From Candidatus Bathyarchaeota archaeon (lineage in GTDB: Archaea; Thermoproteota; Bathyarchaeia; Bathyarchaeales; Bathycorpusculaceae): DNA of 64,000 bases. Numbering within the stretch: position 1 is the stretch's first letter; each line of letters begins with the position of its first letter. Positions 23,049 to 32,418 of the stretch are shown piece by piece. The position numbers and the translations under genes were made by a program. The stretch lies in contig CAWDYC010000003.1 in NCBI GenBank assembly GCA_963806535.1, positions 64,001 through 128,000 of the forward strand, in the 5' to 3' direction. Under the pieces are notes generated by a model. That model was not told where the DNA came from and did not search any database. It saw only the letters and a program-made list of their open reading frames with translations.

Positions 23049-23228
23049 TCAAATAGGGGAAAGAACAAGCCTTGCAGAATTAACATCGACTTCAATGACT
23101 TTGCAGTTTTTAAATTCCTTAGCTTCACCCAAAATATTCTTAGCGACCAAGTTGGCACCTTCAGCTTTGGCGTAAATTACATCTTTGAATTGAATTTTGC
23201 CGTTTAAGATTACATTGAATTCACACAT
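23049..23228 (-). CDS. CooT-family small nickel-binding protein (59 aa, missed by ORF track)
   Basis: MCEFNVILNGKIQFKDVIYAKAEGANLVAKNILGEAKEFKNCKVIEVDVNSARLVLSPI*; MC start and LGE motif fit CooT. Confidence 0.75.
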   Translation of the reverse strand: MCEFNVILNGKIQFKDVIYAKAEGANLVAKNILGEAKEFKNCKVIEVDVNSARLVLSPI

Positions 23229-23410
23229 ATTTTTTCACAAGATAAGAAAAATGGAAATCGGGGTTATAAGCGCTTTTGTGCGCACAAACTAATTTATCTA
23301 TTCGATTCATTAGCAAGAGTTAGGTCTTATTTTTTCTAAAACTAAGTTTGATATCGGCTTTTGGATGACAAATATTAACATAAATTGTAAACATTCGAGG
23401 TTGACACCGT

Positions 23411-23426
23411 AAACTTTTTATTTGAA
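23411..23426 (+). promoter_or_regulatory. putative BRE/TATA promoter of the ilv-leu operon
   Basis: AAACTTTTTATTTGAA about 45-55 bp upstream of the leader ORF. Confidence 0.5.
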
Positions 23427-23468
23427 CAGTTATGTACTTTTAAGGACTGGTATTTAAGAGGAACTAAG

Positions 23469-23519
23469 ATGAGGGATCGTCACCTCCATAGCTGGGATCG
23501 TCGGGTACTTATTCTTTGA
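23469..23519 (+). CDS. putative ilv-leu operon leader peptide MRDRHLHSWDRRVLIL
   Basis: GAGGA SD-like site at 23458-23462; four consecutive Val-Leu-Ile-Leu codons immediately before TGA; 101 nt upstream of ilvB. Confidence 0.7.
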   Translation: MRDRHLHSWDRRVLIL

Positions 23520-23620
23520 TTCACCCAGGCACCCCTCTGAAAAATCGATTATTACAAATGCAAACCAAATTTTTCGAGACGAGAGTATAGAAATTAAATT
23601 CGATAGAAGGAGACCATAAA

Positions 23621-25333
23621 ATGACTAAAATGTCTGGTGCAAAAGTACTATTAGAATCCCTTGAACAACAAAATGTAGACGTTATATTCGGCATTCTAGG
23701 AGGAGCTATCTTGCCAGTATACGATGCCTTATGCGGTAACGAGAAAATTAGACATATATTAGCTCGACACGAACAAGGAGCAGCACATGCTGCTGAAGGA
23801 TATGCGAGAGCAAGCGGACGAGTGGGCGTCTGCATGGCAACTTCGGGGCCTGGTGCAACAAACCTCGTTACTGGGATAGCAAATGCCTACATGGATTCTT
23901 CGCCAATGATAGCTATTACTGGACAGGTTCCCTCAACAGGTGTTAATTCTTCATATATGATCGGTAGAGATGCTTTCCAGGAAGCAGACATTATCGGCAT
24001 CACCACCCCAATCACTAAACACAATTATCAGCCACGAACTATAGCCGAAATCCAACCAATGGTTAACGCCGCATTCTATATCGCATCCTCAGGCAGGCCA
24101 GGACCAGTCCTAATTGACATGCCAAAAAATGTGCAGTCGGACACCGCCGAAATAGAATTAGGAATTACACAAAAGATTGAAGCGCGAGGCTACAAACCCG
24201 CATTAGATCCAGATTTGTCTAAAATTAGCGAAGCAGCCGATTTACTGGCAGAGGCTTTAGAACCAATAATACTGGCTGGCGGCGGAGTAATTTCTTCTAA
24301 TGCATCAGACGAACTAATGCAAATGTCCGATTTGTTGATGGCGCCAGTTGCAACTACTTTCATGGGCAAAGGCGCCTTTCCCGAGGGGCACCCCTTGTCG
24401 GTTGGATGCATAGGAATGCATGGAAACCCAGCTGCAAATAGGCTGATTGGTGAAGCTGACGTTCTATTAGCAATCGGGACCAGATTTTCTGATCGTGCAA
24501 CAGCCAACTTGGACACTTTCGCGCCTAACGCCAAGAAAATACACATTGACATTGATGCCGCAGAAATCGGCAAGAATATTGAAGTTGATGTTCCCATCGT
24601 TGGAGACGCAAAAGTATCATTAAAGCTATTGCATGTTGCCGTGACAAAGAAGCTACCTAAGATGAAAGTTAGTGCATGGTCAAAGCGTGTGAAAGAAGTA
24701 AAAGAGCAGCTGAGTCCATTACTAAAAGACAGACCTAAAGACCTAGTGCCAAAGGCCCTACTGATAGAGCTAAGAAAACTGCTACCAGCAGACACCATTG
24801 TTACTACAGAAGTTGGTCAAAACCAGATGTGGTCAGCCCTATACTTCCAAGCATTAAAACCCAGAACCTTCATCAGTTCAGGTGGGCTAGGAACCATGGG
24901 ATTTGGCTTCCCAGCAGCTATAGGAGCAAAAGTTGCCTGCCCAGACAGACCTGTCGTAGATATAGCTGGCGACGGCAGCTTCATAATGACTGAACAAGAA
25001 CTTGCATGTTCTGTAGCTGAAAAGATTCCGGTAATAGTCATAGTGCTGAATAATTCAGTTTTAGGCATGGTTGCTCAGTGGCAAAGAACACTTTACAATC
25101 GCCGTTACATGGCAGTAAACCTAGGCAAAACACCAAATATGGTGAAGCTTGCAGAGGCTTATGGAGCACAAGGCTTCAGAGTAAATTCAATTGAAGAATT
25201 CCAAAAAGCGGTTAAGACAGCGCTAAACAGTAACGTTACAACAGTAATCGATGTGCCTATTGGCTCAGAACAGGACGTGGTTCCATTTGTGCCTCCAGGC
25301 TGCGGGTTACCACAACAAAGAGGTGACTACTAA
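23621..25333 (+). CDS. ilvB: acetolactate synthase large subunit
   Basis: RHEQGAAHAAEGYAR, TSGPGATN, SGGLGTMGFG and GDGS TPP motif. Confidence 0.97.
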   Translation: MTKMSGAKVLLESLEQQNVDVIFGILGGAILPVYDALCGNEKIRHILARHEQGAAHAAEGYARASGRVGVCMATSGPGATNLVTGIANAYMDSSPMIAITGQVPSTGVNSSYMIGRDAFQEADIIGITTPITKHNYQPRTIAEIQPMVNAAFYIASSGRPGPVLIDMPKNVQSDTAEIELGITQKIEARGYKPALDPDLSKISEAADLLAEALEPIILAGGGVISSNASDELMQMSDLLMAPVATTFMGKGAFPEGHPLSVGCIGMHGNPAANRLIGEADVLLAIGTRFSDRATANLDTFAPNAKKIHIDIDAAEIGKNIEVDVPIVGDAKVSLKLLHVAVTKKLPKMKVSAWSKRVKEVKEQLSPLLKDRPKDLVPKALLIELRKLLPADTIVTTEVGQNQMWSALYFQALKPRTFISSGGLGTMGFGFPAAIGAKVACPDRPVVDIAGDGSFIMTEQELACSVAEKIPVIVIVLNNSVLGMVAQWQRTLYNRRYMAVNLGKTPNMVKLAEAYGAQGFRVNSIEEFQKAVKTALNSNVTTVIDVPIGSEQDVVPFVPPGCGLPQQRGDY

Positions 25334-25845
25334 TGGAAGCCGAACAAACAAAAGTGATCTCTGTGCTTGTAGAAAACAAGCCAGGTGTCCTTCACGGCGT
25401 AGCCAACTTGTTCAGACGAAGAAACTTTAACATTGAAAGCATAACGGTTGGTCCAAGCGAAAATATCGATGTAGCACGCATGACAATCACCGTAAATGGT
25501 GACGAAAAGACACTTGAACAAGTCGTTAAGCAACTGGCAAAGCTCATCGATGTCCTAAAAGTAGAGGAGTTAGAACCCGGACACTTTGTGGTGAGAGAAC
25601 TAGCTTTGATAAAAGTTAACGCGCCTACACCTAAGGAACGTTCAGACATCATAAATTGCGTAGAAGTCTTTCGAGGACGAATCATAGATGTGGCAACTGA
25701 CAGCCTAACGGTTGAAATTACAGGAACCCCTGACAAATTAGATGCATTCCTCAATCTGATGAAAACGACCGGTGTCATTGAACTCGCAAGAACAGGAATA
25801 ACAGCATTGGCAAGAGGAGCAAAAACAGTAAGAATAGACGATTAA
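25333..25845 (+). CDS. ilvH: acetolactate synthase small subunit
   Basis: VENKPGVL ACT domain, QLAKLIDV and ELARTG. Confidence 0.95.
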   Translation: MEAEQTKVISVLVENKPGVLHGVANLFRRRNFNIESITVGPSENIDVARMTITVNGDEKTLEQVVKQLAKLIDVLKVEELEPGHFVVRELALIKVNAPTPKERSDIINCVEVFRGRIIDVATDSLTVEITGTPDKLDAFLNLMKTTGVIELARTGITALARGAKTVRIDD

Positions 25846-25949
25846 ATCGTTTCTTTGAACGGAAACGCTTAACTTTCGGTTTCTCAAAAATGAGAAACTG
25901 CCTACGATGGATTCCTCAAAATGATTATTGTAAAAAGAGAGAACAAACA

Positions 25950-27218
25950 ATGAACATTACAGAAAAAATCTTGGCTAAAGCTTCAGGAAAAGATGTTGTG
26001 CACCCAGGAGAAATTGTGGATGCAAAAGTAGACATGATAATGGTGCACGATTTGACTGGGCCTTTAGCTGTTGAAGCCTTCAAAAAAATAGGCGTACAAA
26101 AAGTTTGGGATAACCAAAAAGCAGTGGTGATACTGGATCATCAGGTTCCGGCCGAATCAGTTAAGGCGGCTGAACTGCATAAGACCATGCGTCAATTCGC
26201 CAAAGACCAGAAACTGCGCTTATATGATATTGGGAGAGGCGGAATCTGTCATCAAGTTATGCCTGAAAAAGGACATGTAGTTCCAGGCACAGTAATTGTA
26301 GGTGCTGATTCGCATACCTGCACTTACGGAGCCTTCGGTGCTTTCGCCACTGGCATAGGTTCAACGGAAGCAGCAGCGGTTTTTGCTACTGGAAAAATCT
26401 GGCTGAAGGTTCCCGAAGCAATAAAAATAATCGTGACTGGGCAATTTCCAGACTTTGTTACTCCTAAAGATTTGATCTTATCAATAATTGGTCGAATTAG
26501 CGTTGAAGGGGCAATAAATGAAAGCGCTGAATTCACTGGTCCAACAATCAAGAGCATGAGCATAGCGGGAAGAATGACTATTTGTAACATGGCTGTGGAA
26601 ATGGGCGCAAAAAATGGCATCATCGAACCGGATGAAATAACCCGTAACTTCTTAGAAGGAAGAGTCAAAACATTACCCAATTTTGAATCATTGAAAAGCG
26701 ATACTGGTGCACATTACGCTCAAACAGTTGAATTTGATGTTTCAAAGATGGAGCCGCAAATAGCTTGTCCATCATCAGTCGACAATGTGAAGCCCGTTTC
26801 CAAAATTGGCAATGTTCCAATTGAGCAAGCTTTTATCGGGTCATGCACTAACGGCAGAATCGAAGATCTGCGGTTAGCTTCTCAAGTCCTAAAGGGCAAA
26901 AAAGTAAAAGACGGTGTTAGAGCTCTGGTGATTCCCGCTTCTCAAGAAGTTTACAGACAAGCATTAAATGAAGGCTTAATCGAAATCTTCAATGATGCAG
27001 GTGCAATTGTTTGTGGTTCAGCATGCGGCCCATGTTTAGGTGGTCACATCGGATTATTGGCAGCAGGCGAAACATGCGTTAGCACTTCAAACAGGAACTT
27101 TATTGGAAGAATGGGCAGTACCCAAGCCAGCGTATACCTAGCGTCCCCAGCAACAGTAGCCGCCTCAGCAATCACAGGAAAAATCACAGACCCGAGAACA
27201 CTGGAGGCAAAAGCATGA
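25950..27218 (+). CDS. leuC: 3-isopropylmalate dehydratase/homoaconitase large subunit
   Basis: DSHT, GSCTNGR, CGPCLG and STSNRNF. Confidence 0.92.
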   Translation: MNITEKILAKASGKDVVHPGEIVDAKVDMIMVHDLTGPLAVEAFKKIGVQKVWDNQKAVVILDHQVPAESVKAAELHKTMRQFAKDQKLRLYDIGRGGICHQVMPEKGHVVPGTVIVGADSHTCTYGAFGAFATGIGSTEAAAVFATGKIWLKVPEAIKIIVTGQFPDFVTPKDLILSIIGRISVEGAINESAEFTGPTIKSMSIAGRMTICNMAVEMGAKNGIIEPDEITRNFLEGRVKTLPNFESLKSDTGAHYAQTVEFDVSKMEPQIACPSSVDNVKPVSKIGNVPIEQAFIGSCTNGRIEDLRLASQVLKGKKVKDGVRALVIPASQEVYRQALNEGLIEIFNDAGAIVCGSACGPCLGGHIGLLAAGETCVSTSNRNFIGRMGSTQASVYLASPATVAASAITGKITDPRTLEAKA

Positions 27219-27718
27219 ACATGAAAATCAAAGGACCAGCCATAAAATTCGGAAACAACATTGATACAGACGTAATTCTGCCAGGAAAATACTTAGTATT
27301 GGTTGATCCTCACGAGTTAGCAAAACATGCCCTAGAAAGCTTAGACACTACTTTTCCTGAAAAAGCGAAAAACGGAGTTATCTTGGTTGGCGGCAAAAAC
27401 TTTGGATGCGGTTCAAGCCGAGAACAAGCCCCCTTAGCCCTAAAGTATTCAGGCGTGAAATGCGTCTTAGCTGACTCATTCGCTAGAATTTTCTTCAGAA
27501 ACGCAATAAACATCGGCTTACCAGTAATCGAATGCAAGGGCATATCCAACGCGGTTGAAACAGGCGACGAATTAGCTGTAGACTTTGAAGCAGGCAAGAT
27601 AGAAAACATTTCAAAAGGAAAAAAGTTTCAAGTAGACAAACTGCCCCCATTCATCATAGAAATACTGATAGATGGCGGATTAATCGAAAATTTACGTAGG
27701 AGAATAAACAAAAAATGA
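27215..27718 (+). CDS. leuD: 3-isopropylmalate dehydratase small subunit
   Basis: IDTDVI, NFGCGSSRE and FARIFFRN. Confidence 0.92.
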   Translation: MNMKIKGPAIKFGNNIDTDVILPGKYLVLVDPHELAKHALESLDTTFPEKAKNGVILVGGKNFGCGSSREQAPLALKYSGVKCVLADSFARIFFRNAINIGLPVIECKGISNAVETGDELAVDFEAGKIENISKGKKFQVDKLPPFIIEILIDGGLIENLRRRINKK

Positions 27719-28752
27719 CAGAATACAAAATATCTTTAATCCCAGGAGACGGCATCGGACCAGAATTGACCGAAGCTACTCTAAAAGTTTTAGATTCAGC
27801 ACAGAAAAAATTCGGAATAAAACTGCAAATTATTGAAGCCGAAGCAGGCGATACCACTTTAGCTAAAAGAGGAGCCGCATTACCTGAAGATACCATTCAA
27901 AAAATCAAAGAATCCCACGCCTGCCTAAAAGGACCCGTAGGCGAAACCGCAGCCGACGTCATAGTTAAACTCAGAGTGATGTTCGATTTATACGCTAATC
28001 TGCGACCATTGAAAGCCTATCCAAACGTTCCTGTTGCCAGACCAGATATTGATATGATGTTTGTTCGGGAAAACACTGAGGACGTTTACAAAGGTATAGA
28101 ATTCACGATAGGCAATGATACAACCGTGTGCATGCGTGTTATCACGAGAGGAAATTGTGAACGCATAGCCAAAAAAGCTTTCGAGATAGCCCGTTTACGC
28201 AATGGAAAAAAGAAAGTAACCGCAATACACAAAGCCAACGTTATGCGTGTAACCGACGGGTTATTCGCAAGTGTCTGCCGAGAAACCGCAAAACGATACC
28301 CAGACATCGCTTTTAACGAGTTATACGTAGATGCAGCATCTATGCGTTTGATAAAGGAACCACAGGTTTTTGATGTTTTTTGCACTTGCAACATGTTTGG
28401 CGACATTCTATCTGACGAAGCAGCGCAACAAATCGGCGGACTAGGCATGGCTCCAGGCGCTAACATAGGCGACAACTTTGCGCTCTTCGAACCTATCCAT
28501 GGTTCAGCACCAAACAGAGCGGGAAAACATACAGCAAATCCAATTTCCATGATCTTGTCCGCAAAGATGATGCTGGAGTGGCTGGGAGAAAAATACAAAG
28601 ATAACAAATGCTTACAAGCAGGCGCAGCTATAGAAAATGGAGTGGTTTATGCTCTGCGTAATCGTCAATCTGTTCCGGACTGCGGCGGCAAGACCACGAC
28701 AGTGGGAATGGCAGAAGCCATTGCTGCAGCCCTAACTGTGAAAACTGGTTGA
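27715..28752 (+). CDS. leuB: 3-isopropylmalate dehydrogenase (isocitrate/isopropylmalate family)
   Basis: PGDGIGPE, RENTE, NMFGDILSD and EPIHGSAP. Confidence 0.9.
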   Translation: MTEYKISLIPGDGIGPELTEATLKVLDSAQKKFGIKLQIIEAEAGDTTLAKRGAALPEDTIQKIKESHACLKGPVGETAADVIVKLRVMFDLYANLRPLKAYPNVPVARPDIDMMFVRENTEDVYKGIEFTIGNDTTVCMRVITRGNCERIAKKAFEIARLRNGKKKVTAIHKANVMRVTDGLFASVCRETAKRYPDIAFNELYVDAASMRLIKEPQVFDVFCTCNMFGDILSDEAAQQIGGLGMAPGANIGDNFALFEPIHGSAPNRAGKHTANPISMILSAKMMLEWLGEKYKDNKCLQAGAAIENGVVYALRNRQSVPDCGGKTTTVGMAEAIAAALTVKTG

Positions 28753-28756
28753 AAAA

Positions 28757-30280
28757 ATGATTAATAAAACCTCAAAACGTATCCGAATTTTTGACACGAC
28801 CTTAAGAGATGGGGAACAAACCCCAGGAGTTTCTTTAACCGCCGACGATAAGATGGAGATTGCGCGCCAGCTGAGCAAGTTAGGCGTTGACACGATTGAG
28901 GCTGGTTTTCCCAGTTCTTCTGAGGGAGAAAAAAAAGTAGTTAAGGACATAGCTAAAGCAGGGTTAAACTCTGAGATCTGCGCTCTGTCAAGAGCTACAA
29001 AAGGCGACATTGACGCAGCAATCGAATGCGATGTTGATTTAATCCATGTTTTCGTCCCAACTTCTCCTGTACAAATGAAATATGCAGTAAACTTAACACC
29101 TGAACAAGTACTAACTGCAACAGTAGAATCCATTGAGCACGTGAAAAAACATGGGATAAAATGTGAATTTTCCCCTATGGATGCCACACGCTCAGAAATG
29201 CCCTTCCTAAAAAAAGTATGCCAAGCCGCAGAAAAAGCAGGCATGGACAGCCTAAACGTCCCAGACACGGTAGGCATAATGATTCCCAAAACAACCATCA
29301 AACTAATTGAGGAACTAAGAACCGTAGTTAAAGTACCCATAAGCGCCCATTGCCACGACGACTTCGGCTTAGCAGTTGCAAACTCGTTAGCTGCCGTTGA
29401 AGCAGGCGCTACTCAAGTACACGTTGCCGTTAACGGCTTAGGTGAACGAGCTGGAAACGCATCGCTGGAAGAAGTAGTTATGGCGTTGCATGAGATTTAC
29501 AAGTACAAAACAGGCGTCAACACAAGGTTACTTTACAGCACTTCAAGAATGGTTGCAACATTAACAGGTATTGGCGTTCAGGCAAACAAGGCAATTGTTG
29601 GCGAAAACGCTTTCGCTCATGAATCAGGAATCCATACTCGCGGAGTAACGGAGAAACCGTTGACTTTTGAACCGATAAAACCTGAGCTGGTTGGCCGAAC
29701 AAGAAAACTTGTGGCGGGAAAACTGGCAGGAACAAGCGGCATCAAAGCGGAACTGGAAGAGGTAGATATTCACCCCACAGAGGAGCAACTCAAAGAAATC
29801 GTGCAACGCGTCAAAGAACTAGGCGATAAGGGCAAGATGGTGACAGATGCTGATTTGCTGGCGTTAACTTCTGCAGTTATGGGCCAAGTTTATGGCGAAG
29901 AAAAAATCGTTGACTTATCCGACATAGCTGTTATGACAGGAATCAAAGTTATCCCAACTGCTTCCGTCAGATTAACTTTGGATGGAAAAGAATACATTGC
30001 AGCTGAAACAGGCGTCGGCCCAGTTGATGCAGTCTTAAAAGCCATACAGAAACTAACCAACAACTTAGAAAACATACGACTCAGCGAATATCGTTTGGAA
30101 GCCATCACAGGCGGCTCAAACGCAGTTGCTGAAGTCATCATAAAAGTAGCGGACGAAAAAGGCAACATTGTTTCCGCACGAGCAGCCAGAGAAGATATAG
30201 TTATGGCAAGCGTTGAAGCAATGATAAACGGTATAAACAAGCTTTTGATAAAGAATCGTAAGCAGGGAAACCAAAAGTGA
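28757..30280 (+). CDS. leuA: 2-isopropylmalate synthase (LeuA; CimA paralogue not excluded)
   Basis: DTTLRDGEQ, HCHDD, GERAGN and HESGIH, with a C-terminal regulatory domain (GVGPVDA). Confidence 0.8.
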   Translation: MINKTSKRIRIFDTTLRDGEQTPGVSLTADDKMEIARQLSKLGVDTIEAGFPSSSEGEKKVVKDIAKAGLNSEICALSRATKGDIDAAIECDVDLIHVFVPTSPVQMKYAVNLTPEQVLTATVESIEHVKKHGIKCEFSPMDATRSEMPFLKKVCQAAEKAGMDSLNVPDTVGIMIPKTTIKLIEELRTVVKVPISAHCHDDFGLAVANSLAAVEAGATQVHVAVNGLGERAGNASLEEVVMALHEIYKYKTGVNTRLLYSTSRMVATLTGIGVQANKAIVGENAFAHESGIHTRGVTEKPLTFEPIKPELVGRTRKLVAGKLAGTSGIKAELEEVDIHPTEEQLKEIVQRVKELGDKGKMVTDADLLALTSAVMGQVYGEEKIVDLSDIAVMTGIKVIPTASVRLTLDGKEYIAAETGVGPVDAVLKAIQKLTNNLENIRLSEYRLEAITGGSNAVAEVIIKVADEKGNIVSARAAREDIVMASVEAMINGINKLLIKNRKQGNQK

Positions 30281-31092
30281 AATCCGTAGCTTTCCAAGGC
30301 GAACCAGGCGCTTATAGCGAAGGAGCAGCTTTCCAATTTTTCGGGGCAAAAACCAAAGTTAAGCCCTGCAAAGACTTCAAGGATGTTTTTGACAGCGTTT
30401 GCATGCGAAAAACCCAGTTCGGCATTGTTCCTATTGAGAACAGCTTAGAAGGCAGCGTGCCTCAGAATTATGACCTTTTTCTACGTTATGATTTAAAAGT
30501 TTGCGCTGAAGTAATTTTTAAAATTGAACATTGCCTCATAGCAAACCCAGGCACATCTCTTGACGACATTGAAGTGGTCTATTCACATCCACAAGCTTTA
30601 GGGCAATGTCGAAGTTTCCTTGAGGAGTTTGGACGCGAACTCATACCCACCTATGATACAGCTGGCAGCGTTAAATTGATTAAGGAAAAAAACCTCAAAA
30701 ACGCAGCCGCAATTGCCAGCGAAAGAGCAGCAGACATTTATGACATGCACATCCTCGCCAAAGATATCGCGGACAACCTTGAAAACTACACCCGCTTCTT
30801 TATACTGTATACGGAAGACGCAGCACCTACAGATAAAGACAAAACGAGCATAATCTTCTCGGCCAAACATGAGCCAGGCACACTCTACCATGCACTAGGA
30901 GAATTTGCAAAACGAGATATCAACCTAACAAAAATCGAATCCAGACCCACAAAGAAAACGGCGTGGGAATACAATTTTTACCTAGACTTTGAGGGACACC
31001 GAATTGAAACAAAATGTGCAGAAGCATTGAAAGCATTAGAACAATACGCTATATTCACAAAAATACTTGGATCCTATAGGAAAGCAAGTTAA
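30277..31092 (+). CDS. pheA: prephenate dehydratase
   Basis: QGEPGAYSE, PIENS, SHPQALGQC, NYTRF and ESRP ACT domain; GTG start overlaps the leuA stop. Confidence 0.95.
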   Translation: MKSVAFQGEPGAYSEGAAFQFFGAKTKVKPCKDFKDVFDSVCMRKTQFGIVPIENSLEGSVPQNYDLFLRYDLKVCAEVIFKIEHCLIANPGTSLDDIEVVYSHPQALGQCRSFLEEFGRELIPTYDTAGSVKLIKEKNLKNAAAIASERAADIYDMHILAKDIADNLENYTRFFILYTEDAAPTDKDKTSIIFSAKHEPGTLYHALGEFAKRDINLTKIESRPTKKTAWEYNFYLDFEGHRIETKCAEALKALEQYAIFTKILGSYRKAS

Positions 31093-31160
31093 TTATTATC
31101 AGCATCCACATGTTTTAACTCTGACAAAACTTAAGTTCAGAAGTACCTTATTTCTTTAAA

Positions 31161-32408
31161 ATGGTATCTGTTTCCTTCAAAAAAGGAAAAAAAGTCATCG
31201 AGTACGCACTTAAAGCAATCGAGCTTTACAATCCCGGAGAAGTGAGCTTAACCGGAGACAATATTTACCGTTTTGAGCAAATCGTTTACATCCTTGGTGG
31301 CTTGATCACAATACAAGGTTTCAAGGATAACGATGAGCATTTGCTTGCGGTAATATCACGAGCCATTGCTAGATTTAGTTCCTATAGAAAGAAAACTCTC
31401 CATTACCTAAAAAGAGCTCTTGAATCGGAACTCAATGAATCGAAAAAGCAGCAAACTAAGAAGTTCACAGTTGTTTTCCCGATCAATCTTAAGCTTAGTA
31501 CGCTTAACAATAAAAGACACTTCAGGTTGTATCGAACAAAACTAAATATACACACTTTAAAATACATTTTACAAAAGTTCGACTTCATACAACCGAACGT
31601 CTTACCAAGTTTCTCAATAGATAAAAGTAAAACTATTTCTTCACTAAGCGGTTTTACTTTTATAACAATCGACGTCTTTGCAAAGAACGAAGCAGAGGCG
31701 TTTAAAAACGCTCACAGACTATTTGCTATATTCCGAGCACTAAGTAACTTTTCGCTCTCTTATGGTACCCTTACAATCCAAATCGGTTATCCTTCTGCTT
31801 TGGGTTTGCTTAACCCACCTAAGAATATGTTTGTCTTTGACTGTAACAGAAAATACAAAGGCGATTGGTCTAATGTGGGAGAATTTAATTATCGATTAGT
31901 ATCACTTACGCCGAACGAATTAAAAGCAGTTTTGAAAACCATATATGATTACGATATCTTGCCAGATAATAGCTTGAAAAACGTCTTAACAAATTGTTTG
32001 ACACTGCATCAATATGCTCTAGATAGTATTGAACCAGCCTATATTTTTCTTAATTTTTGGCAAATTTTGGAGTTAGTTTCATTAAAGGATCAGTTGGGAA
32101 ATACGGAAAATAAAGTGAAAACAAGAATAAATGCTATATACAAAAATAATACAACACTTTCAGATTTACTTGAAGTCCTTTTTTGCAAGCGCAACCATTT
32201 AGTTCATGAGGGAAGACTTGAAGACTTTAGCCTTTCTGATGTAAATGAAATAAGAGTAATAGCAGAAGGTGCTATGAGTTTCTTGTTTAGTCAAGTTGAA
32301 AAATTAGAAAATTACCCAAATCTCGAAACATTCTATGAAAACATCAAAGAAAAGGGAAAAGTTAAGGATAAACTTCGAATATTAAATTATATAGATAAAT
32401 TATCGTAA
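31161..32408 (+). CDS. HEPN-domain protein (ApeA-like), accessory
   Basis: FLNFWQILE..KRNHLVHEG (RxxxxH HEPN motif); AT-rich; lies between two convergent operons. Confidence 0.65.
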   Translation: MVSVSFKKGKKVIEYALKAIELYNPGEVSLTGDNIYRFEQIVYILGGLITIQGFKDNDEHLLAVISRAIARFSSYRKKTLHYLKRALESELNESKKQQTKKFTVVFPINLKLSTLNNKRHFRLYRTKLNIHTLKYILQKFDFIQPNVLPSFSIDKSKTISSLSGFTFITIDVFAKNEAEAFKNAHRLFAIFRALSNFSLSYGTLTIQIGYPSALGLLNPPKNMFVFDCNRKYKGDWSNVGEFNYRLVSLTPNELKAVLKTIYDYDILPDNSLKNVLTNCLTLHQYALDSIEPAYIFLNFWQILELVSLKDQLGNTENKVKTRINAIYKNNTTLSDLLEVLFCKRNHLVHEGRLEDFSLSDVNEIRVIAEGAMSFLFSQVEKLENYPNLETFYENIKEKGKVKDKLRILNYIDKLS

Positions 32409-32418
32409 GAAACTCAAA

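Noticed and set aside
25890-25949. N-terminal extension of LeuC as another leader peptide
   Set aside because: It is in frame with leuC, has no stop and no Leu/Ile/Val cluster; the likely start is 25950.
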